NCBI GenBank assembly: GCA_051294375.1
Contig: CM119265.1
Span: 21,266,278-21,330,277, forward strand
DNA: 64,000 bases
Source of the DNA: Paraspadella gotoi
Taxonomy: Eukaryota > Animalia > Chaetognatha
Direction of reading: 5' to 3'
Part shown: in pieces, positions 13,430 through 28,800 of the stretch
Numbering within the stretch: the first letter of the stretch is position 1
Layout of the letters: each line of letters opens with the position of its first letter
Program-made: the position numbers and the translations under genes
The notes under the pieces: model-generated
The model's input: only the letters and a program-made list of their open reading frames with translations
Database searches by the model: none
Told to the model about the DNA's origin: nothing

Positions 13430-14036
13430 CTCCAATCTCTTTCGCCCCACCGATCGGGTAATACGACAATAACATCCACCGAGTCATCGTCTCAGCCGAT
13501 TTGGAAAAAAAAAATCACAATCTTGTCAAATCCCACGTGACTTTCTCATCCGAGTTTTTTTTTTAAATGTTCATTTCGTTTTCGTTTCTCCTTTTCACTC
13601 TCTATCTCCCACAAGCGCTACTCGGAAGCTTCCCGGTGCTTCGAATTGTCTCTCGCTCTCTATCTCTCTCCCTCTCTATCTCGTCGTCTCGTGAGACTTC
13701 GGCGGAAGTTTCACAGGAACATTTTACTTGCCTTTCGAATTAATGGACTTTTTTTCTCTCTCTCCGAAAAAAAAATAACAAGGATTGTTAAATGTGAACT
13801 ACTGGCGATCCGTACTGATTCCTCTTCTTCTCAAAAAAAAACTAACAAGAGAGAAAAGAAATCCTTTTTTCTTTTGAAACAAATGATCAGATAAAAGAAA
13901 AAGTGAAATCTTAAGCCAAACGAACTTTCAACTCGATCTTCTAATCTTAACGAAAACATTTTTCGCTAAAATCACGATTGACGTTTTGGAAAAGAATTGA
14001 CATCAGCTGTTTATCTCAAACGAAGACAAAGTAAGT
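13430..14036 (+). promoter_or_regulatory. Candidate promoter and 5'UTR exon ending at 14030
   Basis: CCAAT (13432), CACGTG (13534), CGGAAG (13623, 13703) and a strong donor aa|GTAAGT at 14031. There is an in-frame TGA at 13979 relative to the 31636 exon, so it would be non-coding. Confidence 0.4.
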
Positions 14037-14216
14037 TGATTCTTTTTTTTTTATTTCCTTATGCGGGAAGGAAAAGCATTAATAATGCGACTTGCGATTT
14101 GAATAAATATATCTTTTTTTTGTTTGACAAATTGTTTTTGTGACTTTGTGATTTATATTATTACTTTGTGTGATTTCGCCGTGGAACAAAAATGGTTTTT
14201 CTCCGCGAGATAATTC

Positions 14217-14262
14217 TACCTTTTACATTTTTACCTTTTACCTTTTACCTTTTACATTTTTA
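14217..14262. repeat. (ACCTTTT)n 7-mer minirepeat
   Basis: ttttacatttttaccttttaccttttaccttttacattttt. Confidence 0.75.
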
Positions 14263-14435
14263 TTTCTTGTGCGCGTATAGATTGTTTTAAAAAGATATTT
14301 TCACCTGATTTCCTAGAAAAATATATAAAAAAATTGAAAGACAAAATGATGACTTATTCCAAAAAGACAATCCAAATTTTATCAGTTTTTGAGCAGAAAA
14401 GAACATTTCTCTCTTCATCTCTCTCTCTCTCTTTT

Positions 14436-14576
<141 letters not shown>

Positions 14577-14956
14577 CCCTCTCTCTCTCTGTCATCACTC
14601 TTGGATTTCCACCTGGGGCTCCGCCACCCAAACTTCCCTAACAAATTCTCTTTTTTCATCTAATAGACCCATTTCTTGGTTAGCCGACCACCCCTTCTCC
14701 CCGCCTTCGCATTCGGTTTATGTGATAGTTGTCGTTGTGATAGTCGTTGTCGTTGTGTATTCTCGTGTCCTAGTTCGTGAGTCACAGTAGAGCCATTATG
14801 AATGCCTCACTCTTCCTTAGTCGATACTCACGTCTCACATTACGTCGGCTTTTTTTTACTCTTTCTCACACTCTCTCTCTCTCTCTCTCTCTCTCNNNNN
14901 NNNNNNNNNNNNNNNNNNNNTCCTATATGTCTATGCATTTTTCTTATTTTTCATAC

Positions 14957-15040
<84 letters not shown>

Positions 15041-15132
15041 TCTATCCATACCCAAACATTTTCAGGGTTAAATTACTCCCCCCCCAAAAAAAAGAATCAG
15101 CTCGTCTCCCTCGAAGAAAAAGAAAAAAGTCA

Positions 15133-15477
15133 TTTGAGAAACGAAGATCGTGAATCTGTCGTCATATTGGGAAGAGACTTTGAAAAGAATAGACTTAAAA
15201 AAAAACGGAGAAAAATGAGATACGACTGTCATCGCCGTCATCGTTATCGTCTTCGTTATCGTCGGTCGTCGGCTTGTGATTATAATCGTCTTCGTCGTCT
15301 TCTTTATCTTCTTCTTTTATCATTTTTTCATATTTTTCTTTATTCAAAATTCTTTTTTAGTTACCATGTTACAATTCCTCCGTTCTCTCGATTTACAGTT
15401 AAACACTTTTTTTCTTCGGTTTATTTCTTTCCAGTCCTACCTCCTCTTCCTCCTTCCTTTTTTATCTTTTTACATCG

Positions 15478-15515
<38 letters not shown>

Positions 15516-15520
15516 TCTCT

Positions 15521-15556
<36 letters not shown>

Positions 15557-16842
15557 CCTTTCTTTCATTCTTCCCTTCTGTTTCCTTCTTTTTCTTATTT
15601 TACTTTTTATTTTCTTTTATCAGGATCTTTATTGTATCCATTTTCTAACTCTTTTTCCTTTGTCTTTTTTCTCTTCCGTTTACCTCTATTCCTTTTTATT
15701 TTCGTTTGTCTTTCTTTTTATTTTCTCCTCCCTTATATTTCTTCTTCTCCCATTCCCATCCACTTTCATCCTCTTTCCTTTCCCTCTTCCTTCCTTCCTT
15801 TCTTTCCTTTCCTTTACCTTTCCTTCCTTTCCTTTCCTTCCTTTCCTTTCCTTCCGCGCCGGTCCATCCCCTCGAAGCCGACGCATCTTCGGCCAGAGAC
15901 ACGAAACTTTTCATCTTTCTTTTTTTTTTCTTTTCCTTTTTTCCTCTTTTTTTTTTCTCCCTTTTTTTTTCCCTTCTCGAGAAAAAACTTTTCTATGGAA
16001 TCACGAAAAGATAGAGATTCTCTCCTCCCACTTTTTTTTCTCTTTCTCTCTTTATCTCGTCTCTCCGCTGCTTCATCTCCTTCCTCGGGGAGAGAGAGAG
16101 ATCTCCGCTCTTCCTCCTCCCGTTCTCCTTTAATGTGTCTTCCTCCTCCTTCTTTTTCTTTGGAGAAAAGAGTGCGCCTCTGTCCGAAGGGAATCCTCTT
16201 CTCTTCCTACTCCGATAAGAAAACCGACCGGGAGTCGCTCTTCCTCGGGACGATAATCTCGTCTCTCTCTCGTTTTTCCGTCTTCACTGTCTTCACGCTG
16301 CCGAGCGCCGAGAGCGAGCGGAGCGTGATTTTTATGCCGGGAGGAGGGGGGGAATGGTGAGGGAGTGGGGTTAATTTGACTTGGTAAGTTCTTTCGTTCT
16401 AGAAAATTAATCTGGAACGTTATAAGTGCAAATGGAATTTTCTCTAGACAAACACTCACACCGAGCAATGCCATTGCGATGTATTTCTATTGCATTCCGA
16501 AAAAAAAAGTCGGCTTTCTCTTCGTGTTACGCTACGCGACAATGCCGCGTCGTTTACAACCATCCATTGTGGAATATGGATCCATTTGGCAGCCAGAATA
16601 GACTACGAATCAATGACAGTTTTGGAAAAAATACTCTCAACAGTCGAAGCGTAACAATGGAAGCGTCATCGACGTAGTACGCTGCTAATTTTTTTTTATG
16701 TCGGTTCCATTAGAGATTTTGGGTTTTTTTTTTTGGCTTTGCTCGCTGGTCGAGGAAAATTCTGAAAAATATTGAGCATAATCCTTTCACGAGGCAGGAA
16801 AAAATGATATTAGGCTGACTAATGAAATTTGATTTAGTCCGA

Positions 16843-16939
<97 letters not shown>

Positions 16940-19569
16940 CTCCCCCATCTCGCTCTCTCGTCTCTCGCTCTCTCGCTCTCTCGCTCTTTTAATCTCGTCG
17001 GCATTTCAAATATTGTTCCTACGGTTTATCGAAATCCGGGGTAAGGGGATTTTCGGGCGAGATTCCAAGGAAACTGGTATGCAAATAGATTAGAGTCTAG
17101 AAAATCTAGAGCCTTTCATCATCGCCAAATATTCCAATTAGATTAGATACTCTCTTTCTTCCAAAAATTGGAGGATCTCCCTCCATGCATCGCGGTGAAT
17201 CGAACCCTTGACCCAGTTTTTAAAAAGATCTGTTCTTCAGACCCTCATTCATTCCTATACGGCCCGGAACGAGCGTTTTTCTCTTGTCCGCTAAAGAGGC
17301 CTCTATCAAAAAATGCTGGATGGGGGGGACGGGGGGAATATTACTACTTAAAAAAAGTAAACAACCGAGAAAATTAGTTGATTAAGGGAAATTTTGGGAT
17401 GGAGCCGGGGAGGAGGGAGAGAGAGAGACTGAACGGAAAGAGGACTCTAAGCCACAAAATCAATCCAAATGATAACAAAAATCCTTTAATAAGGAAGTCG
17501 AGGAGAAAAAAAAAAAAAAAAGAAAGAGAAGAAAATATAAAAAAAAGCAGATAGAGAAAAGAAAAAAAAGCTCAAGAATAAATGAAACAAAAAATAAAAT
17601 AAAAAAATATCGGAAATTCCTTGAAAAACTTTCAAATTCCCTCAACATCGAAATACTGGCACTTTTATCGCCCGGTGAGAAAACACTTCGGAAAAAAAAC
17701 TCTTTATATATGTGTTTTTTGAATAAAATCATTAGCTATAGTGAAGGACGGTGAATAGTAATTATTTCATTTAACTTAACGAATTGAAATTATTCTTATA
17801 CTACTAAACCTAAGTTAAAATTGTGGTGGCATTTTATCCACCCCAAAAAATACCAAGCTCAACTTTAACTTAACTCACAGAAATATGTATCAAAAATGAA
17901 AATTATGGTAAAGAAATTCTCGCGGAAAAATGACACTAACGCGAAAAAAACTTGAACAGTAACAATTTTCACTGATCGTTTGTTGTCACACTTTGACGGA
18001 CTTTTTCCTCTTTCTGTCTCTCAAACTCCATCTTCGCATTAATCTTCCTTTATCATTCTAAAAAAAAACGGAAAAAATTCTTCAACTAATATATTGGATT
18101 TAAGTAAATAATTTTTTCCAACTAACAAATAAATTTAAAACAAAACTTCCGAACTTTATCATCTTCAGATCGCCGCATTGCAACGGATCGTCGACTCCTC
18201 ACCGCATCGCTCGGTCGAGCGATCCTCACGTCCAACGTCCATCCAGGTCCGAGTCCCACGTCCACTTTCTTCGCCATGTCCTCCTGCGGGGCGTCATGCA
18301 CCGAATCCTCCACGCCCCCTCTGCCGCCGCAAGAGCGCCATCTGCCGCGCGGGCCGCCTCATCCCTTCCCCATGACTCGCCGAGTCGCTCAAGTCGCCGC
18401 GCGGGCCGCAGCCGCTGACGTCGCCGGAATCTGGACGCAGCCGCTTGGCCGGACGAGTTTAGGGTGAGGGGTGATGGGAAGGATTGGGTAATTGGGTAAG
18501 TGGGTACGGTAGGCAATGGAAATGAGTAAGGCGATTGGCTCAGAGTTTTAGGTCAAAAAAAGAATTGGAAAAAAAATGTTTTCAGTGTTTACAATCGATA
18601 TGCAATAATGTAGTTATACTTTTATCACTATCATTTTGACTTTGGCTCGTCTCGTCTTTGACTTAGTTTCCTTCTCTCATTGACACAACAAACCGCATTG
18701 AAAACCGGCTTAATCTTTTTCCTCGACGTTGTTAGCTTTAAAATGTTACTTATTTTTTTTTCTCATTTTAATCGAACCAAAATCGATTCGCCTCGAAATC
18801 GGGATCCTCGTGACTCATCGGACCCAGAAAAAAAAAATATTGTTAACTTTTCTAACCTGATTTGGGCAAAAGTTAAACAGCGAAGAGTCAAAGTTGAACG
18901 TGAGAATTAAATAAAGTTTCTATTATCAAAACGGAAAAAGTGGACTTTTCCCGTAATCGGGAAACTTGGCAAAAAAAGTCCTCTGGAGCTCAAGGTCCCC
19001 CTTCTTTTTTCCACGGGGGCCAACTTAGTATGAAGAGTTTTTTTTTTTGTTTCATTTGACAAATAAGTTTTATCTAAGATACAGTAGGATACTGATAAAA
19101 CGTGAGCTCATTGGAAACTAAAATGAGCTTTGGTTCTTTTTTCAATAAGTACTAGAGTCAATTTTCCAACTTAATAAGAACGAAAAGACACAGATTAGTG
19201 ACAACACATTCCAAGTTTTATACTCGATTAGAGAAAAAATCGAACGCGTCTAATAACCCCTTTAATGCGGGAAATTTTAACGCTCAAGTATAATCGAATG
19301 TTGAAAATGAAAAGAAAAGTAGTTTTTCTCTTCTCCTTTTATTTTTGTCCTTCTTTGTTTATTATTCCTAATTATTTTTTGGCAAAGCCATTATCATCTG
19401 CGTCAAAAACGATGGAAGATTTAATTCAGAAAATGGTCGTCACGGGCGCGAAGGCGCGAGGGCGCGGAACAAAGCTGCGCGGTGCGGGGGGAAAAAACTC
19501 TTCACCCTTTTTAAACTGGACCTTATTTTTCTTTTCTTTTTTTTGGTCTCTCTCTCTCTCTCTCTCTCG

Positions 19570-19607
<38 letters not shown>

Positions 19608-19808
19608 TTCTCTGTTCGACTATTCTTTTTTTTTGTTCGTAATTGTTCGAAAATAATAAAATACCACCTCCCTAAACGAAGAAAATAGAGTAATGACTCT
19701 GCCTTCTGTCAGAGATCTAAGGGAGAGAGACTGAGGGAGAGAGAGAAATGAGGGGAAAACTTCCGGCTTTCTTTCTCTCTGTCCTCTCTGCTCTCTCTCT
19801 TCTCCTCT

Positions 19809-19880
<72 letters not shown>

Positions 19881-20347
19881 ACTTCCTTCAAATCGAATCT
19901 CCATCTCTCTCGCGGACAATCCATCTCCAACTTAGCACCACATTGACAATTCAAATCTATTTTACCGAAGTAAAAAAAACATAATTTTTTTTTAAATAAA
20001 AAAAATAAATATCGTCGACATCGAACTGAAGGTAAATGTGTGAGGTTTTCAGACGAGAAGCTTTTTAAAAAAATGACCCGAAGTTTTAGAGTTTTAGTAA
20101 ATATTTATTTTTTCTTTTGTTGCGGGCGAGGAAACAGTTTATATTTGACAAATTTATTATATTTATAATTACAAAAATAGCTTGGGTATTTCTCCTATTT
20201 AGGCTCGAAATTAAGGGTGTTTGATTCTGGAGGTTGATTTCTCTGTTTTTTTCGATCGAATGAAAATCGGTTCTCCGCCTCTATTGGCTTCACTCAAATT
20301 GTCACTCGGAAAATTGTCTCCCTCGCTAAAGATGAAATATTGCATCA

Positions 20348-20415
<68 letters not shown>

Positions 20416-21003
20416 TCGCTTAACGGTTTTTTAAAATAATATAATTTTCCTCTCATTTTAATGAGGCGAGGATTTTAAAATGTGTGGTTATATTTTTTTT
20501 ATTTTTATTTTTTTATTTTTTTTGGCCGAGCGATTTTTTCCGTGTCTCCCGGACCTAGACTTACGATCTCAGATTCCCAGTCTCGTGTTCATTTTAGTTT
20601 CCGGCGATCGCGTCCGTGAGAGAGAGGAGAGAAGAGAGAGAGAGATTCGTGATATTTCCCCCCGCCCATAGGGAGCGGGGGAGGAAAAAGCTTTAAGTAG
20701 GGGTCACTTTTTTTGGGATGGAAATGATTCGGAGATCGAAAAAGATCGGCATTATGGATCGACGCCGAAATCGTCCGATGAGAAAAGTTCAAACGTCACA
20801 AGTAAAGACGCAAAACATTTTTGCTCCTTTTCTTTTTCGAGAGACTTGATCCGATAAGGCCCTTTTCTTAAGGGCCTCTCTCTAGCGCCCTTGCTTATTC
20901 TTTTTCTTACGGACCTTTCCCTCCACCCGCCCCCCCCCCCGTTTTCCTTCGAGGTTTTTCCGCTTTACCCCTCAAGAATTTTCCATCCCCCTTTATCACC
21001 CAC

Positions 21004-21099
<96 letters not shown>

Positions 21100-21363
21100 C
21101 TTCCTCTCATCTCACTTTTTTTCGTTATTTTTCAAGAATTAAACATCAAGACTTTTGCCAAAATTATCTTTTCGAGTTAATTTTCTTTAAGACTTTAAGA
21201 AAAAAAAATGTTTTCACACACACAACGAAAAAATAAAAGAAACAGGGAGACAAACTTTACCTAACATTCATTCTCCCGAAAGAAATATTTTTCATATTTG
21301 ACTCGGAAATGTCCTACAGGGGGGAAAGTAACGAAAATAAACATGACCTCTCACTCTCTCTCC

Positions 21364-21433
<70 letters not shown>

Positions 21434-22065
21434 GTGACACCCTCAGGGGGTGCTAAGTTACCCCTTCTTTCGGAAGACGGGGGGAGGGCGGGGGGTGTGA
21501 AGTTTCGATCCTCGTTCTCTTGCGCACGCGAAAGGAAACAAGACGCGTCCATCTGATTTATCTTGATGTATCGCCTTCCTTATTAGGGAAAGAGACGCGA
21601 TGCTGATTCTAGATTTATATCCTCCGTAGGTATGAAGATGAGGAGGATGAAGAATGGAAGATGAAGTTGAAATTAAGATGAAGAAGAAGATGAGAATAAA
21701 ATAATCGTTGATTAACAGTCGCGGTTTATATGTCGGTTTTTTTTGGCTTTTATCGTGGTTTTGGTTATTGTAGATAACAACTCACAATCTTCGCAGGAAA
21801 AATTCAAATACATACATTCGGGTGCTTCAAAGCTAATTAGACGAAACTAGTTAAAATGCCTTCATTCCCAGACGTCGTTAACGATGAGTAAATGTACAAA
21901 GTAACACAACTCTACGGAATTTACATATTTATTGTCCGGCCTCTTAATAAAATTGACGATTGAGCGAGGGATCCGGGCGCGTTCCGGCTTCCAAGGAGTC
22001 GAAGCTTTCAAGATTGTGAGGTAACTCAATTGAAGAAAATTACTCTCTCTCTTCTCTCTCTCTCT

Positions 22066-22113
<48 letters not shown>

Positions 22114-22551
22114 CTCTCTCTCCAGCGTCAAAAGGTCTCTAAGAAGCAGGCATCTTCCTGTTATTTTTTCAGTTCTTTTTTTGTTTTTTTGTTTTTTTTG
22201 TTTTTTGCATGTTAAATGAGTCAAAAACAGGAAACCGAAAAACGGGACAAAGGTTAAACGTTGTTTTGAGGGGGAAAAAATATAGATCTTTACAACGACG
22301 GAGAAAAAATTGTTACGTCTCAAATGGCTAAAAGATGTACTATTATTATTATTTAATATATAATATGTATTATTGTACAGAAAGATGATTTTATTTTTTC
22401 ACTTTCATCCGTTTTCTTTTTTATCTCCGTCATAATTAACGTTGACCGTTTTTCTCGGCTAAAAGCGATTTGATCGATCGATTCATTTTTGATGTCACGA
22501 AATGGAGATGAAACCGACAACAATCCAGCGACAAACACTCGAGCGAGACAG

Positions 22552-22591
<40 letters not shown>

Positions 22592-23678
22592 GAGAGAGAA
22601 GAGAGAGGAGAGAGAGAGAGAGAGAGAGAGTGGTTATCTGTGACTTTGTCTCACCCCGTCATCCTTTAAAGGAGGATATGAAAAAAAGCCTGGCTCATAT
22701 TGGAGAGCGTTGGAGATAGAAGGGATAAGAGAGCGGGGATATAAGAGGGAAGGGATAAAAAGGACGGGGATTAAGAGGGGAAGCGAGAAAGAAGGGAGGA
22801 GATGAAGAGTCGGAGGAGGAGTTGTCCTGGAAGGAAGAGCGAGAGGCGACATTCGACCATTAAACGTCCCCCGTAGATTGAGATCAATATGTCTAAAGTT
22901 GAGATGGCCGGAAACGACGGACGGGGCGGAGAAAGAAGAAGAGGGAAGAAGAAGGGAAGAAGAAGTAAAAATTTGAAAAGAAGGAGACGAGAAAGTAAGA
23001 ATGAGAAGTAAAGACGAAACGTCGTAGAGTTCAGACCCGCGAGCGAAACGACAGAGAGAGAGAGAGAAAAGAGGATTTCTGTGAACCTTCTCTTTCCTCA
23101 AAAAGTTTCCATTATTCTTCATTCACTCTGCGGACGAAGTGAAGTTTTCGTGAAGGACATTGGAATTTTAGGCTGAGACCGTCGCCCTCCTTCTCCCTCC
23201 TCCTCCTCCTCTCATTTCTTCCCCCCCTTACCCTCCCTCCCCTTAAAATAACCTAGATTCTTTTTTCGGATGTTGGAAAAAGGCAGCTTTTCGGGGGGGG
23301 GAGGTGCGAAGAGCGCTTTTGATAAGACGGAGAAAAGGAGTGAGAGTGAGAGAGTGAGAGAGAGACGAGAGTGAAGAGACAAAGAATGGATATCTTTCAT
23401 TGAATTCCGTCAACCCGCTTTGATTTCATTTTATGGATGTAGCCTTTTTTTTTTGTATGCGAGTTGAGAATTTTGTCCGGTGCGAAATAAAAAAAAAAAG
23501 TTGCCATTTTTCGTAAAATCTCCCGCCCCCCCTGCCCCTTCCTTCATTTAATATGAGCCGCAGAAGTGAGCTGTCTCCGGGTCTATTTATCTGGTCTTGT
23601 TAGCCCCTAACCTTTTTTGGAAAATTGAGACGGAGATGCAAAGAGAGAAGAAAAGAGAGAGAGAGAGATGAGAGAGAG

Positions 23679-23734
<56 letters not shown>

Positions 23735-23960
23735 ACCTTAATGAAAAAAAATCACTTGTGCTGGCTTCATGACAATAACTGATGTAATAACACGCCTGGG
23801 TTGTGGCTCCGCCGCCGGCCGCGCGCCGCCCGCCGCTGGCCCGCCGCTGCGACTCCGCTGCGCTGCCGCCGCCTCGCTGTCAAATCCTGGTCCCCTAAAA
23901 ACTCATTAACTTCATTTTTCATTCGCCGCTCAACTTCTCGCGAAGCAGAGACAATCCTCT
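15133..23960. repeat. Copy 1 of the ~8.8 kb multiplied segment
   Basis: Starts tttgagaaacgaagatcgtgaatctg and ends cgaagcagagacaatcctct. The start word recurs at 23961. Confidence 0.92.
18169..18463 (+). pseudogene. Frameshifted duplicate of Prdm3/16 exon 31636-31918 (probably an assembly copy)
   Basis: Same acceptor (atcttcAG atcg) and donor (GTgaggggtgatggg) context and near-identical sequence with 1-nt indels. The frame is split over ORFs 18178 and 18276. Confidence 0.75.
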
Positions 23961-24309
23961 TTTGAGAAACGAAGATCGTGAATCTGTCGTCATATTTGGG
24001 AAGAGACTTTGAAAAGAAATAGACTTAAAAAAAAACGGAGAAAAACTGAGATACGACTGTCATCGCCGTCATCGTTATCGTCTTCGTTATCGTCGTCGTC
24101 GGCTTAGTCATTATATTCGTCTTCGTCGTCTTCTTTATCTTCTTCGTTTTATCATTTTTTTCATATTTTTCTTTATCACATTTCTTGGTTACCATGTTAC
24201 AATTCCTCGTTCTTCTCGATTTACAGTTAAACACCTTTTTTTCTTCGGTTATTTTCTTTCCAGTCCTACCTCCTCTTCCTCCTTCCTTTTTTATCTTTTT
24301 ACATCTTTT

Positions 24310-24367
<58 letters not shown>

Positions 24368-25792
24368 CCTTTTCTTTCATTCTTCCCCTTCTGTTTTCCT
24401 TCTTTTTTCTTATTTTACTTTTTATTTTCTTTTATCAGGATCTTTATTGTATCCATTTTCTAACTCTTTTTCTTTGTCTTTTTTCTCTTCCTTTACCTCT
24501 ATTCCTTTTTTTAATTTTCGTATTGTCTCTCTTTTCTACTTTTCTCCCTCCCTTATATTTCTTTCTTCCTCCATTCCCATCCACTTTCTATCCTCCTTTC
24601 CTTTCCTTTCCTTTCCNNNNNNNNNNNNNNNNNNNNNNNNNNNNNNNNNNNNNNNNNNNNNNNNNNNNNNNNNNNNNNNNNNNNNNNNNNNNNNNNNNNN
24701 NNNNNNNNNNNNNNNNNNNNNNNNNNNNNNNNNNNNNNNNNNNNNNNNNNNNNNNNNNNNNNNNNNNNNNNNNNNNNNNNNNNNNNNNNNNNNNNNNNNN
24801 NNNNNNNNNNNNNNNNNNNNNNNNNNNNNNNNNNNNNNNNNNNNNNNNNNNNNNNNNNNNNNNNNNNNNNNNNNNNNTTTTCTCCTTTTTTTTTCCTTCT
24901 CGAGAAAAAACTTTTCTAGCGAATCACGGAAAAGATAGAAGATTCTCCCCTCCCACTTTTTTTTTTTCTCTTTCTCTCTTTATCTCGTCTCTCCGCTGCT
25001 CATCCTCTTCCTCGGGGAGAGAGAGAATCTCCGCTCTTCCTCCTCCCGTTCATCCTTTAATGTGTCTTCCTCCTCCTTCTTTTTCTTTGGAGAAAAGATG
25101 CGCCTCTGTCTCGGAAGCGTGAATCCTCTTCCTCTTCCTCCTCCGATAGAAAACGACCGGAGTCGCTCTTCCTCGGGAGATTCTCCCCGCATGAATTGTC
25201 TCCGTCTCTCTCTCGTTTTCCGTCTTCACTGTCTTCACCGCTGCCGAGCGCGAGAGCGAGAGAGCGTGATTTTTATGCCGGGAGGAGGGGGGGGGAATGG
25301 TGAGGGAGTGAGGGTGAATTTGACTTGGTAAGTCTTTCGTTCTAGAAAATTAATCGTGAACGTTAAATGCAAATGGAATTTTTCTCTTAGACGAAACACT
25401 CACACCCGAGGCAATGCCATTGCGATTGTATTTCTATTGCATTCCGAAAAAAAAGTCGGCTTTCTCTTCGTGTTACGCTACGCGACAATGCCTGTCGTTT
25501 ACAACCCATCCATTGTGGAATATGGATCCATTTGGCAGCCAAGAATAGACTACGAATCAATGACAGTTTTGGAAAAAATACTCTCAACAGTCGAAGCGTA
25601 ACAATGGAAGCGTCATCGACGTAGTACGCTGCTTAATTTTTTTTTCTACGTCGGTTCCATTAGAGATTTTGGGTTTTTTTTTTTGCTTTTCTCGCTGGTC
25701 GAGGGAAAATTTCGAAAAATATTGGAGCATTATCCTTTCACGAGGCAGGAAAAAATGATATTAGGCTGACTAATGAATTTGATTTAGTCCGA

Positions 25793-25886
<94 letters not shown>

Positions 25887-28800
25887 TTCTTTTTTTCTCC
25901 CCCATCTCGCTCGTCTCTCGCTCTCTCGCTCTCTCGCTCTTTTAATTCGTCGGCATTTCAAATATTTTCCTACGGTTATCGAAATCCGGGGTAAGGGGAT
26001 TTTCGGGGCCGATAATGATTTCAGGAAACTAGGTATGCAAATTAGATTAGAGTACTATAGAAAATCTAGAGCCTTTCATCATCGTGCCAAAATATTCCCA
26101 GATTAGATTAGAATACTCTCTTTCTCTCCAAAAATTGGAGGAGTTCTCCCTCCATGCGATTCGCAGGTGTCGACCCTTGACCCAAGGTTAAAAAATCTGT
26201 TCTTCAGACCCTCATTCATTCCTATACGGCCCGGGAACGAGCGTTTTCTCTTGTCCGCTAAAGAGGCCTCTATCAAAAATGCTGGATGGGGGGGACGGCG
26301 TCGGGAAGATATTACCTACATTAAAAAAAGTAAACAACACGAGAAATTAGTTGATTAAGGGAAAATTTTCGGGATGTGAGCCGGGGAGAGGAAAGATGAG
26401 AGAGACTGAAGCGAGAAAGAGGACTCTAATGCTCAACAAAAATCAATCCAAATGAATAACAACAAATCCTTTAACTAAGGAAGCGAGGTGAAAAAAAAAA
26501 GAAAAGAAAGAGAAAAAAATATAAAAAAAAGCAGTAGCAAGAAAGAAAAAAAAGCTCAAGAATAAATGAAACAAAAAAAAATAAAAAAATATCGGAATTC
26601 CTTGGAAAAAAATTTCAAATTCCCGATACAAACATCGAAGATGACTGGCAGCTTTATATGCCTGGACATCGGAAAAAAAGAAAAACAAAGAAGAAAAGAG
26701 AAAAAAAAAAAAGAACGATAGAGACGAAGTACAGAACGAAGAACAATTTCCGAAAAATAATTATATCTCTTTCTCATACTCATTCTTCTGATTGAATAAA
26801 TACAATATAAGCATAAATAGTATAACCAATAGAACGCTAAATCGTTAATGTAGTACGTTAATCTTCTCAAATTACTTCGGAATTGAAATTATTCATGATA
26901 AGTTCCTCCCTAACTGGAAACCCTAAGGTTTAAAATTTTTATCACACCATGAAATATATACCAAATGCAACTCTATCTAACTTAACGGTACACCCAGAAT
27001 ATATATCTGAACTGGTATAATCAAAGAACAAGCTAGAAAAGACTACATCAATGGGCCTAAAGTAAGATCCTCTGCGAAAAATAGGCCCTACACTACACGA
27101 GCTCCGAACACAACAATATATCTTCGCACACGCTACAAAAAACACATTATTACAACTAGCATCCCGTCTTTCCATCGCTCAACACATCCCTTGAAATCCC
27201 CTACTCACCCCAGGTGCTTTGTTTTGCCCAATCACTTCTCTCGTCATGCGGTCCAATCTTCCCTTCAGACACTTATCAGTCTCCCTTCTATTCATATCTG
27301 AAAGACCGCAAATAAGGTGCAATTCGAAACTTGCTTACAGAGCAATGACATAATATATATCGGAGAGTTTAATTAAAGATTAGATAACTTTGTCTCAACT
27401 ACAAATGTCTAACAATACTTAATGGTAACCAAAAACAAACTTCCGAATACCTACTGTATCATCCGTGTCAAGATCGGCCGGTCTCGGCAACCGTGATCGT
27501 CGACTGCCTTCAACCGGCACGCTACGGTCGGGAGCGATCCTCCGATCCAACGCTCCGTCGGTCCACGTCCCCTTTCTTCGGCTTAATGGTGCCACTCCTC
27601 GAGGGACGTCATTGGCCACCGGGATCCTCCACGCCCCCTATGCCTGCCCGCCGCACTCAAAGAGCTCGACATCTAGTCACAGACGGGCGTCTAGACCAGC
27701 ATCATGCCCTTCCGTCCGGTAGATCTGCGCCCGGAGATGGCCTCTACAAATTTAGTTCGGGTCGAGACCGAAAAGATTAAGACTATGCAGTGCAAGCCGA
27801 TGGTCTCTCTCGATCCAGCCGCGTGAGAACCCGAGACTATGCAGCTGGCGATCTGGGCAGCCGCAAACCATGCCTTAGTACGCCGACGGTTTAAGTGGTG
27901 CAGGGTGGGCTAAATAAGATAAGACAACCAGTTAAACAGGCACGTGGGTATTGTCGTGGATAACGTGTGCGAAGATACCGGTTCCGCGCCATGGATATAC
28001 TAGAGTAACAGCTTATAGAGGATTAAACTGCTCCTATGATATACTCGTACCTTGATCAAGCGGTAGTAATGCGCTCTCGCGCTCGCGCTCCCGCTCTCTC
28101 CAAAACAATTGAATTTAGGCTAAAAAACAATATGATGTTTTCAGAGGCGCAGGCTTATATCTCGATAAAGTACCTCTCTATGTAAACATTAGTAGTTATA
28201 CGTTTATCTGATTTCGATGGCAATTTATAGAATTTGGCTCAGTCTCGTCTCAAAGTCTCGCACCTTGATTTTCCTTTCATATCGATATTGACAGCAACAA
28301 ACGCATTGAAACATGGCCTCTAATCTCTTTTCTCGGGACGCTTGTTTCAGCTCTCTCTCTACTTATTACTTTTTATTTCTTACCCATTAGTAACTTCGAA
28401 CCCACATTTAATAATCAGATTTCGGCCGGCTCCTGGACAATACAGGGGAATCTCATCGTGAACTCTATTACGCATGACCATTGGAAAAAAATATTGTTAA
28501 GCTGTCTCAAGCTGATTATGGAGAATAACGCCAAGCAGCGAAGACGTGATCAAAGATTGAGACGTGAGAATAGAATAGAAGTCTAGGTTACTTATCAAAA
28601 TACCAGCAGGCACACAAAAAGTGATCTTTTTTCCCGTAATCGGTAGAACTTAACGCATGCTGAAAAAGAAGGTTCCCTGATAGGAGACGAGCTCGAAGGG
28701 CTCCTCCCCTCTCTCCCGGGGGCCAACGGGCTTAAATGTATGAAGGAAGTTTATATTATTCTCATGGTTTGAACAATTTAATGGTTGCTCATCGTAAGGA

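Noticed and set aside
14777-16360. 527-aa ORF and the many SLSL/ERER/FFFF ORFs in the track
   Set aside because: They are stop-free translations of (CT)n/(AG)n and pyrimidine tracts, some spanning N gaps, with no domain content.
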